Assembly (NCBI GenBank): GCA_951406725.2
Contig: OX597825.1
Location: 79,980,001 to 80,044,000, forward strand
Direction of reading: 5' to 3'
Length of the DNA: 64,000 nucleotides
DNA from: Octopus vulgaris
Taxonomy: Eukaryota
In this document: one piece after another, positions 40,637-52,171 of the stretch
Layout: every line of letters starts with the position of its first letter
Position numbering within the stretch: the first letter of the stretch is position 1
The notes under the pieces: generated by a model
The model's input: only the letters and a program-made list of their open reading frames with translations
Database searches by the model: none
Told to the model about the DNA's origin: nothing
Program-made: the position numbers and the translations under genes

Positions 40637-41277
40637 ATCTCACAGAAATCCTACCTCTGTCCATCTGGTAGCTACTCTACCCTGTCACTAGGCCCTGCAC
40701 TAACCTCTACACCCAAATCCCTTTCTCTGTAATGTCACCCCAATGGAACTCCCTTCTTTGTAATCGTTGACCTACAGTTTATCACAATAAAACAACCACA
40801 AAGAGCTGACAGGAGCCACTGCGCAACCCCCTTCTGCCAGATCAAGCTGCAATAAAAGAGAGAGAAAAATATGACTAAAAATGAAGATTTTTGACACACA
40901 CACGCACACGCACACACACACACACACACACACAAACAAAAAATGCATTTATATGCTCTACTGTTCTCCAGACTATAATTAGATTATCAGCCAACACAAT
41001 GTAACATTGAAATAATACACTTAAAAAAAGCAGCAATTCACATATATTGGCTGTGCTGCAGAGAAGTTGCTTCCCAACCACAGGAGTTTAAGTTTAGCTC
41101 TAGTGAATGGCATCTTGGGAGAGGTGTCTTCTATTATAGCAACAGGCTGAACAAAGCCTTACGAGTCAATTTGGTCAGCAGAAATCGAAAGAAGCATATA
41201 GTGCTCGTGTGTGTCTAGTTTTAATGTCCCATGATGGCTGTAATTGTACATAACCGTCACATAACGATGAGGAAATA

Positions 41278-42238
41278 TTGGATTGGTGCATAATTACTGC
41301 AGGTTCTTTTGGGGGTTTTTTTCAAATTTTTTTCAACAAAAACAACATGTAACAAAAACATTTTTAAATGATTATTCTGGAGCATATTCACCATCTACTT
41401 CAATTACTGATTTCCGTTTGCTTGGCAGACGATCAGACCATCATTTAAAGATGTTTTGTTAAATATACTGTTGTGTCTGGGGAGAGTCATTTTCTTTTTG
41501 TGCCTTATAATGTAACACTCACCGGTAAAATTTCCACATATTTCATATTTTTATTCTCCTAAAATTTTCGTTGCGTCTTGCAACCTTTTCAATAGTCTTG
41601 ACTCTCAGAGTGTGTTACATTGTAAGGCCCAAATAGAAAATGACTCTCCCCAGACACAACAGAATATGCTTCAACACACGAACTCAAAGAATCTTGCAAA
41701 CCAAATCCAAAAACGAAATATTGTTAAATATTGTTATTGGGCAATCTTTCGTCTCTAGTAGACCTTTCCGTCGATTTCCGTAAAAAATTTTTTTTTTTTT
41801 TTTTACATATGGGCTTGCGGGAACTTTTGAAGTAATGAGAGCGAAAGAGACTAAGAGAAAGCGATTGTATGACGAGGGAAATTCTTTTGAAGTTACCGTG
41901 CATGGGAAGCATTGATTTACATGTGTGTGTGTGTGTGTGTGTGTGTTTGATGGGGTGTGGGAGACAGACAGTATGTTGTGTAAGTGAAGTGCTTCTGTTA
42001 GTGTGTGTGAAGAGACAGAATAATGTGTGAAAGAAAGAGATAACTGAAATTTTTTTACTCGGTGTATGTGTATGTATATTACTTCAAAAGTTCCCGCAAG
42101 CCCATATGTAAAAAAAAATTTTTTACGGAAATCGACGGAAAGGTCTACTAGAGACGAAAGATCGCCTTGTTATTGTTTTTGTTGAATAAAATTTGTTGAA
42201 AAAAAAAAAAAAGCCGCAATAATTATGCACCAACCTAA
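41278..42238. mobile_element. Mariner-type non-autonomous element
   Basis: TA|ttggattggtgcataattactgcag ... ccgcaataattatgcaccaacctaa|TA. The TIR resembles Hsmar1/MADE1-type TTAGGTTGGTGCA. Confidence 0.8.
41740..42166. mobile_element. Mutator-type MITE nested in the mariner element
   Basis: About 90-bp near-perfect TIRs (ggcaatctttcgtctctagtagacc... / ...ggtctactagagacgaaagatcgcc) and an exact 9-bp TSD TTGTTATTG (41731-41739, 42167-42175). Confidence 0.85.
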
Positions 42239-42694
42239 TACTACTTTACTGGGAAACAGGCGAGGTTTGGTGGGAGGAAGGGCAAATTCCGTCCGACTCA
42301 TGCAAGCATGGCAGAGTGAGTGTTAAATGTTGGTGGTGACGATGATGCGTTAAGCCTATTGCTTCTGTGCTATGTTTACTTAACAATAAAAGTGTAGCCT
42401 TACTCACTTTCACACACGTGAAGTATATATTTATTTCTTTTGATGAACATATTTACTATTCAATAATCGATACTTAACCACCTGGTTTAATGCTAACACC
42501 TGGATAATGGCTACATTTAGCAGAGTCCACACTGTGGCAAGCAACTTCCTCCCCACCCAGCAACCAAGGACGTTCTAAAAAGTTATAAACGTCACTTTCC
42601 CAAAATAATAATAATAATAATAATTTCATGACTAATCAAAAGGTCATGGTTAAATTCGCATTTGCAGCCGTTGTCTGAAAGCTGTAGTGTCGAC

Positions 42695-42717
42695 CAAGGT
42701 GAAGGTCACCAAGGTCA
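42695..42717 (+). promoter_or_regulatory. Nuclear-receptor-like element, copy 3, with adjacent CCAAGGTCA (ERR/SF-1-type site)
   Basis: caaggtgaaggtcaccaaggtca, plus another aaaggtca at about 42639-42646. Confidence 0.5.
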
Positions 42718-43043
42718 TAACCGTCAATGGCTCCGTTCCGACCGCCATTGTTATAAATATCAGCGCAACGAAAGTTGTTAAATGACTGCATATGTTAGCT
42801 TTTTGGGAACCTCTGCGTGGCTTCGCATCCTGCTAGGAATAACAGCCTCATCTTTCAAATCATACTACAGTTTTAACAAAAATTAAAGAACCGATTAGGT
42901 AACATGGTCGTAGATTTCCATCCTAAATAATAATTAAAAAAAAAACCGATGGTCACGCCAGGAAAGCTTCGATGAAACGTCTACTTCGTCGAGGTTGGCC
43001 TGAGATTAAACAACTTCACCAAACATGAAATTTGCTAATCAGC

Positions 43044-43056
43044 CAAGGTGAAGGTC
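43044..43056 (+). promoter_or_regulatory. CAAGGTGAAGGTC nuclear-receptor-like element, copy 4
   Basis: Exact 13-mer; flanks unrelated to the other copies. Confidence 0.45.
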
Positions 43057-45231
43057 GTACCGTTTATCAGGCTATTTTGCCGATTCACATGCAGACCATG
43101 ATTAGAATAATTTATGATAATTAATCATCCTGTTGGATATCGATACCTCCCGACTGTATTTAGAATATAAGGGACAGCCACGCACACATTGATAATGAAA
43201 AACTGCATTATAATCAAACGGGAATCGAAACCAGTTCGCAGGGTTTGCTTGTCCAAAAACTTTGTAGTCATTCTACAAAATTAGGGATAAGAGTTTCTCA
43301 CAAACCTCTTAAACTTCTTACAAACAGCAATCTAATGAGGAACACTATTTCGTCCCTTGAGTAGTTAGAAATAGCAGCCAAGTCTTCCTTAAATCAAACA
43401 AGTATATCACAAAAAAGAGAGGTGGATATAGGTTTGAAAATAAAAGGAGGTGGTCACATTTGGAACACCTTTAACAATAAGTGTCTTGCGGTAGCTAAAC
43501 TACAATCTCGGATTTAAATAGAAAAAATTATATAAGGGACAGCAAAAGCTATTTTATACAGAATTTAGTGACATTCAGACAGACTTCTTTACTTGGAAAC
43601 AGGAGAGGGTTGGTGACCGAGAGCATTTGGGTGTAGAAAAATCTGCTTCACTCGACCCACTAAATATAACATTTAATCTTTTAGGTTGGAATCTCTGATA
43701 ATAGGACCTATCAGAGGCTGAAGAATAATAGCAACAAGCTAAACATATGTAAGTATACAATCCATTAACATAGCGAAACAGCGAAGGGGCCTTTCCGTGA
43801 ATGCTCGCCCTCTCAGAAACAGCAGCCTAATCTTTCAAAATCAAATTTTAAAAACTTTTATTGTGTATCACAAAAGTTCAGATGGTCACGGCTGGAATGA
43901 TTGACTGAATCAAGGTAGATCTAGGGGCTACAGCTCTAACTGCCAGTTTTCAATAACGAAGGCATTCTTGTAGAATAGAGTCGGAAATAAATCTAATGTG
44001 CCAAAATCCGCAATTTCTTCGGATCTGTGTATTTTAAGCACCATAAATTACGAATCTGCATTGAAAAAAAATGAGGACGGTTGCTTTCCATTCCTCCCCA
44101 CTCCCTACAAATCTTCAAGTAAAAACTGAAAATAACACCAAAAGGAAAGGCATCCGTTTGCCTGTCCAAAGCACTTTTCACAAGTTTAGCCTAAATGTCC
44201 ATACTCGTTTTCAGACTTAAGAAAAGCCTTTGCTTTACACGTTCTGAGTAATATCAAGCTTTCCTTCGGTAAGTCCCAAGTCAATCGGGCGATTGAAAAG
44301 AAATTGAGAATGTGTACCATATGATGCATGAACCCCAGGGAAATAGTCCTATGTCACATCTAATACATAGGACAAGTAATGGGTTAAAAGCCGATCCGAA
44401 GAAATTCCACACTTTCATTTTTCCAAGGCACTAAATTTCCGGCGCCGTTGTATAGGATTTCCTCTGCATATCAGAGCCAATTAGCAGCTTAGACACGCTG
44501 CAAAACACAAACGTGACTTACAAGTACATGAACAGAAGTGGCTTATATATAATTGACATAGCAACTGCACCTGTTGAATAAGGAGTGACAAATTGCTTGA
44601 TATTAAGTGAATAATTTCGAAATTAAAATTTTTAAGAGCAATAACACACACTTAGACATAGACAAGCTCGCGCGTGCGTGCGTATATATAGGAAGAGTAT
44701 AATTGTGGTAGTAATTTACTCAATGTTAGCCCAATGATCAAAACCATTCCAGTCGTGACCAGCTCATTTGTTCTATGTCTAGAAATATATAATTCAAGGT
44801 GTCCTCACATGTTTTCAAGGCAGAAGAGATTGTGTATTTTTTTAATTTTTTATTATACAGCAGCCTGCGGGATCACTTAAAAAGGATTCCGCGTTGTCAT
44901 ATGATCAAGGTGTGTTTCGAATGTACTTAATATAGAGAGGTCATGAGGTAGATAAACAAGGTAAACTCGAGACACATTTACATGGAACACAAAACATACC
45001 AATTACAGAATAAAGAAGAAGAAAAATAACACAGAAGAATTCTGTGAAGTTTTATCTCAGTAGCTTCTCCATTTATTTGGTAATTGAAGGCTTGCAATTA
45101 TATAGATGTCTATCTTTTGGAAAGTCTTTCAAAACTTTTTCCAAAGCTTCCTTCGTTCCACTTCAAGCTATCGATATATTTGATGTTTAACATTGTTTAA
45201 AACCAATAAATGCAATTTTTTTTTTTTAAGT

Positions 45232-45560
45232 TGTGGTAAGTAACTTGCTTACCAACTACATGGTTCCGGGTTCAGTTCCATTGAGTGGTACATTGAGCAA
45301 GTGTCTACTATAGCCGACCAAAGCCTTGTGAGTGGATTTGGTAGACGGAAACTGAAAGAAGCCTATCATATATAATATATGTATACGTTTGTCCCCAACA
45401 TCGCTTGACAACTGATACTGGTTTACGTCCCCGTAACTTAGCGGTTCGGCAAGAGACCGATAGAATAAGTACTAGGCTTTCAAAGAATAAGTCCTGGAGT
45501 CGATTTGCTCGACTAAAGGCGGTGCTCCAGCATAGCCGCAGTCAAATGACTGAAACAAAA
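45232..45560 (+). mobile_element. SINE family A, followed by an inverted partial copy at about 45640-45720
   Basis: tgtggtaagtaacttgcttacc...gactgaaacaaaa. Confidence 0.75.
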
Positions 45561-47445
45561 ATTGTGCATTAACCCCGAATTTTAAGATAATAAGCATTAA
45601 CAATGGTGGGGAACAGATACAGACATATATAGGACAGGCTTGTTTCAGTTTCCGTCTACCAAATTCAGTCACAAGGCTTTGGTTAGCTTGAGGCTATAGT
45701 TGAAGACACTTGCCCAAGATATCCCAGATCTCTAGAGGAAGGAAAAGGACAAGATTTTCTTTTCCTTAACCGTTTTGGTCCCTACAATATTTGATATGAT
45801 TTTTAGAAAGCATATCGTGCGACGTAAGGGAGATTTGGCTGCAGTTTTTAGCAAATGTAATGACCTCATAGAGACTTCCTTGTTTCTAAGTGGGTACTTT
45901 ACGTGAGGGCTTTTAAAATTACAAATAATCTTATTTAAAAAAGCAAAATAGAGGAAGTGAAAGTAAAACAAAAGCAAAAACATAACGAAACAAAAACGAA
46001 CTGTCAAGTGTGTGATATGGTAGCTATGTACAGTGTGTGTGTGTGTGTCTGAGTGAGAGAGAGAGAAAATGTAAGTGCTGGTGTACGTGACAATGTGTCT
46101 ATATGTGTGCGTTAGTTGGTGTGCAAGAAAGAATGTATGCGCATTCACGTGTGTGAGTGTGTGTGAGTGAGTGAGAGTGAGAGAGAGAGAGAGAAAGAGA
46201 GAGGGAGGGTGGGAGAGAAAGAGAGAGCGAGGGGGCGCCTGATAGTTTGTGGAAGAGGGTGGGTAGAACGAGTGTGTATGTGAGTGTGCAAGCATTCGTT
46301 AGTGTGTGTGTGAGTGAGTGAGTGAGTGAGTGCATTGATTGGTATGTGCGCAACAGAGAGCTATTTGTCGGCACTTATCAGATTATTCTGGTAAGCTATC
46401 TGAAATGTCTATGAATGCGAGTCGGTATGTTTACTAATGTTATTTCCTCGATTACAAACAGGAAGAGAAAGTAAACAGATTCTTAAAAAGACTTTCATAT
46501 ATAAATTTGCACCAAAAACTGATGCCATATATATATATATTTCATTCAGCAGAGGCAACACAGTGTCTCAAGGGCCAAAAGTTTCGTGCTTTGGCATTTA
46601 TCAAACGCTAACGCAAGAAACTCTCAGCCCTTCAATCATTATTATTTCTGCTAAATATTAATAAAAATATACATATACTCATATTTTGAGTTCTATTTCT
46701 CTTGTCTGCATCACTATGCATGTACATTACGTGTGTGTGTGTGTGTGTGTGTGTGTTATATACAGGACGTCACCAACTGTGTAAACAACATGAAATACGA
46801 AAACGAGTTAAATATGCAAACAACGAAAGGAAAAAAATGGAAAAAAATGAGAAGTAAACAGAGAAACGACCCTTCATCAGTTGTCGGCTGTCTGTCTACA
46901 CATTTCGAGCATTCAATATATATCCACAAGAACTCAAAATATACCGCGGAAGTTGATATGATTGTATGGTGTATATGGCTGTTGTAATTATATCGGTGGC
47001 GTACGTGATGTCATCGAAAAGAGGCGCACCTTAATTTTTCTTTTTTCACTCAAGTACCCCTTCATTACATCCGTGTTGGTGTAGCCCGTGTGAAGAAAAC
47101 AGATTGTAAAATAGTTGGATACCGTAATCCAGACATGTATAAATTGCTATTAATTAAGTTTGGAAGACAAAACTTCAAGAGTTTAGTAAATCGCAAGATG
47201 CATAATTGAAAAGTTGAATGCGATTGCTTTACAACTAGTTTTTACAAATCTTGCCTACCCTGGTTAGGGAATCCCTGTAGTAGAAAGTATAAAATTCTCT
47301 TCTATATTTTACACTAATATTAATAACCCATTTGAGGATTATCTGTAATTAAAACAAGCAACACTAGTCAGATATGATAAAGCAAAAAATATAATTGAAG
47401 ACTACACTAGATAATAATTATGCGACAGATTTAAAAGTAAATCTA

Positions 47446-47729
47446 GAAAATTCTAGACCCATATGTAACTTTACACTTAAAAATTGTTATCGACTTGGTG
47501 CATTGATCTCTTCAACACACACACTGAGACCAAGTCCGAATGCTTAGATTATGAGTGGATTCCGCGGTTTATCGCCACCACCTGCTGGACCAGATGTGGT
47601 ATTTAGCGGAATCCACGCATAATCTAAGCATTCGGACTTGGTCTGAATATCTGTGTGTGAGTGGAAGAAATCAATGCGCCAAGTTGATAATTTTTAAGAG
47701 TCAAGTTACATAAAGGGTCTAGAATTTTC
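47446..47729. mobile_element. Hairpin MITE
   Basis: gaaaattctagaccc / gggtctagaattttc ends; inner arms agaccaagtccgaatgcttagattatgagtggattccgc / gcggaatccacgcataatctaagcattcggacttggtct. Confidence 0.78.
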
Positions 47730-49415
47730 GTACAGCACTTAAACTAAAAAATTTTTTTAAAGTGCTAGGAACGAAACTCTGGGCCCTCGAGTCACTTTTA
47801 GTGCTGTATAGATTAGATAACACGCTTTCATTGGAATATATCTGATACGACATTTGAACGCAAGATCCTCAGGACCAGGCATGAGCAGGCATTACTAAAG
47901 ACAATTTTTTCGCTCGACGTGCCAGTTTTGCAGATGACTGCTCTATACTATCCTCACCATCACAGTAGTAGCTATGGGTTTTAGCTTAAAGTTAGCCATT
48001 ATTGAGTGGATATATATATATATATATAATCATTGCCGCTCCTGCCATGACCACGCCAATTTTTCAAATTATATATAGCGTTCTTCCTTTACAACCGAAG
48101 AAAATTTGGCTGCTATTTCTTGCAGGCCAAGCGACTGCATAGACACTTCGTCGCTAGCTCGTGATAGTTGCAGTTTAGTCCCTCCAGATCACTAACTAGT
48201 ATCGAGTAGTTAATTCAACAAGGGGTATTTCAACGAGGACTACTATATTCCCCTACCTGCCCACCCAAAAATAGTAATACTCGGAAATACTGACCTTTGA
48301 ATAAGGAACGAAAGCGAATACTTTTAAACAAAACTGAGAACAAAAAGAATAAATAATTGCCGCACGAGCACACCTTAGGAGCAAGATCTAATTAACATAT
48401 GTGTGTGTGAAGGTGTGCATGTGTATCTTAATGTTTAGGATTTTTTTTTTCCAATTTGCAAAAGTAATAGCGACTGGTAAATATTCTGCCCAGTAATAGT
48501 ACACCTCAATGCTGTATACGGCAAGTCCATCCCCACCCCCGAAATTGATGGCCCTGGGTCAAAATTTGAAACTTATTATTTTGAGTCCAGTTTCCGCCGA
48601 GGACACTTTTTTTTTTTTTTTTTTTTCTGGAGTGGTTGATAAAATAAAGAACCACGTTTCAAAACTGTTGGCTTTTTACCAAAAATCAAACAGAATTATT
48701 CCATTCCAAAGAAGGATGCAATGCAGTACATGTCTAGTACATTTTTTTTATCGACCCCAGAAAGAATGAAAAAGTAAAAGTTGACTTCGACGACGATTTG
48801 AACTAAGAATGCAAAGTCTCGTAAATATATAGGATTTTTGTCGGACTCTGCAAACTTGCTTTAAATCCAATACTTTGTACATTTTTTTTTAGTGAGCAAT
48901 AGAGCAAAACAAAATGAAATTAGCGAATAGAAAAGTTTTGATTTTATTTTTCTATCTTCTTTAAGTTGGTAATATAGAATAGCGACATTAGAGTGTCCAG
49001 GCGGTTAAATGCTGTCGTAACTTTCACCAACATCCTGTACCACACTAACCAAACATATGACAATTATAATATTTGATAATTGCAGGAGTTTTTTTTTTTT
49101 TAGATAACAAAATAATAAAGTAGGTAATATTTGGCGTTTGGTCCGAATGGTGACACAAATTTTTCTAAGGCGACTAACATAGATTAAAATGCGAGGTATG
49201 CGTAAACGTGAAAATTAATCGCCCAAATAAAGCCTTTAATACATACATGCATATTGTATACACACCATTAAGTTTCATTCATTGGAAGAAGAAAAAATAG
49301 GACAAAGCTATGCACATGTAATTAAGCATAACGATATCATTGTGCGTGTTTACACACACACTAGACTCTCGATGAGAAATTATTATTATTGTTAACAATA
49401 ATGAACAAAACTTAC

Positions 49416-49620
49416 CGGCAGCCTCGAAGACTTCTGCATCAACCTGGTCAGTGAGGAGACACAGAAGACCAGCGTAACCTTTGCCTTTCACATTTTTCAC
49501 TAATTCTTGGTGTGGGATGGCTTCGTCAGAATCCCAGAAATCGATTTCGACTCCTTTCTCTCGAAACAAATCGATCCCTACAGGTGGAATTCTCCGTGTT
49601 ATGTACACCTTGTTAGCCAT
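49416..49620 (-). CDS. GRHPR: D-2-hydroxyacid dehydrogenase (GRHPR-like, candidate D-lactate dehydrogenase), coding exon 1
   Basis: accATGG Kozak context, in-frame upstream TGA at 49678-49680. Reads MANKVYITRRIP...GLLCLLTDQVDAEVFEAA(G); donor G|gtaagt, phase 1. Confidence 0.92.
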
Positions 49621-49879
49621 GGTCCTTCTTTCTGATGAGTCTTCTTGCCTCTTTGAAGTCGCTTCTTTCGGCCTTTCTCAGATTCAACCTTCACCTTCTG
49701 TTGTCAGCAAGGATGAAATGATGAACGATAAAGAAAAAAGAGAGAGAATGATGAGAGAGGTTAAGAGACAAGCAACACCACTCTAAACAAAAACTAGCAG
49801 ACCGACCAGTTCCAACGGATTAGACAACAGGTGCCTCTTGTTTTTGTCCGAGTGGTGTGCAAGGCTGGAAGTCAGGAGC

Positions 49880-49915
49880 TTAAATGAATCTCCTTCCGAA
49901 CGGTTGCTATAAATA
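49880..49915 (-). promoter_or_regulatory. Candidate core promoter of the dehydrogenase gene (TATA-like box + initiator)
   Basis: On the minus strand, TATTTATA starts at 49915, 30 nt upstream of the A of an Inr-consensus TCATTT (49885). There is no upstream ATG between 49885 and the start codon at 49620. Confidence 0.4.
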
Positions 49916-52171
49916 TAATATATTTATGTATGCAATCTATTGATAAATTTACATTGCATAGAACTGCTTCTGACCCATACCACTCCTCCTTCCTGCTATT
50001 TCTCGTGGTTCTTGTCTCCTCCCACAAGATTTCCTCCTACTACACACTGTTTCCGAGTCGACTTTTTCTTTTCTTTCACTCCAAAATGTCAATATGTGCG
50101 TATGTGCGCGTACAGTGTTTACGGTTTTATCGCAATCAAAATTACTTAAAAATACCCAAACTCACACACACAGTAAATATATACAGAAGAAATTTGATTT
50201 TAAAAATGCATTAATTAAACAATGGGGAAAGGAACTGCGGTTTTTATATTAAACCCTGGTCTAGATTACCGATTCTTTTCTTATTGTAACTGGTTTATTA
50301 TTAATAATTCAATGATACATTCAGTGTCTTTTTCATTCTGTAGAAACATAGAGTAGCATTGTATCGCATAAATATATAAATAATTCTTATAAATACGTAC
50401 ATGTAACGTTCGATCTCTCGGCGCGTGTAGCTATTTCTGTTTACAACGAAGCAGACAGATCACCTCAACCAACCGGCAAACCTGTGGTCGTTCAGTGTCC
50501 TTGACATTTTGAAGGTCGTTTAATTTAGCATATTTAACATTGAGGAAATAACACACCTTAAAACCTTTGTTAAATTATAATTTTCTTTTTCTTACCATAA
50601 ATCATTTTTTCCGCTCTTTATTATTTTTTTTCTATTTCATTTCGATAAGAAATTTTGATAATACATTTTTTTCCAGAATATTTACCCCTAATTTTAATTT
50701 AACATTGGGGATTTAATGTTAAATTCCAAACCCCCAAAGTATGATTAAAAGAAAACCTGGTCATACATTGTCATCAGATATAACATTAATTTATATTAGT
50801 AATTAAAAAACTAAAAGCAAACATGCAATGATTTCATACAAATTACTAAGGAGAAAAGATAATAAAATTGCGTAGTGGCTTTCATGCCACTCTATCGCAA
50901 ACATATGTGAATTGGCTACAACTAGGAATCGAAACCTGTTCGCCAAAGTAGATACAGAGATTATTTAATGGTGGATGAAGAGAAGGAAACTTTTGTACAT
51001 CTTATACATCACCCTCACACCAATCCACCAAAAACATAAAACCCGGTGATCCGGATTTCGAACCGCCGGTTATCTTACCGCTTAGACTCCGCTGCACATA
51101 GAAGTAGTTCTTATGATTGGTTCTCAGCGAGGTAAGAAATCTCAAGTTTCAAAACAAGCTTGTTGCAAATGTGACGTTTATTCTGGCTTAAACTTTATAT
51201 CTGACGTTTGAGGATGTGGTATGAAACCTAATCACCCATCGTCACACACATACACACACACAGCTCCAAATAGAGATTGAAATCCGAACCGGTAACTTGG
51301 TGACACTATACCAAGCAGTTGTCACAAAATCTACTTTATTCATTTTTACATGTGTCTATATACTACTACTACTAATAATGTTTGGTACAAGACCAACAAG
51401 TTCGGGGGAGAGGATAAGTTGATAACATCGACCACAGTATTTATTTTATCGACTTTGAAGGATGAAACGCTAAGTCGACCTCGGCGGATGTGGGACTCAG
51501 AACATAAAGACAGACGAAATACAGTCAAGTATTTCGCCCACCGTGCTAATGATTCTGCCAGGTCGCGCGAGGCCAGAATTTGTGTCGGGGTGGGGTGTAT
51601 CAAATCGACCCTTGTACTTCACTGGTACTTTATTTTAACAACCCTGAAAGGATGAAAGAGAAAATTTACCTCGGTGGAATTTGAATAAATACCGCAAGGT
51701 ATTTTCTACGACTCTTAATGATTTTACCAATACATCAGCCTCCCTGCCAAAAATAATAAGATAAAAACGAAGCACCATTGGTGCGCCAGACAGCAGCTGT
51801 TGCATCTTGTGATAGTTGGCAGCTGTCTGCGACTCAAGTATGCAAGCAACAGGAACTAAGATCCGCAAACACAACAAAGCCATACTTTGAGAGAAGTAGA
51901 CTTTTTGTCAGAGACGATGTCACCAATATGATGAAAAGAAGAAGGCAGTGAGCTGGCAGAAACGTCTACATTCTGTGTTCGAATTCCGCCGAGGTCGACT
52001 TTGCCTTTCATCCTTTCGAAGTCGATAAATTAAGTATCAGTTGCGTACTGGGTCGTCTCATCGACTGGCCCCTCTCCCCCAAAATTTCGGGCCTTGTGCA
52101 TACAGTAGGAAAGAAACAAAAAGAAGGGAGATAATTACCAACGTAAAATGTACCTAAAATAACATCCTAAA

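Noticed and set aside
43990-44330. Possible decayed DNA-transposase fragment (VKSALDRQTDAF...QIRNL)
   Set aside because: Too degraded to assign a family or boundaries without a search.
49697-49770. Pyrimidine tract + CAG as acceptor for an upstream 5'UTR exon
   Set aside because: Possible, but I identified no upstream donor or exon, and a contiguous UTR from a TATA/Inr at about 49885 explains the region equally well.
49481-49786. 101-aa + strand ORF
   Set aside because: Antisense shadow of dehydrogenase exon 1.
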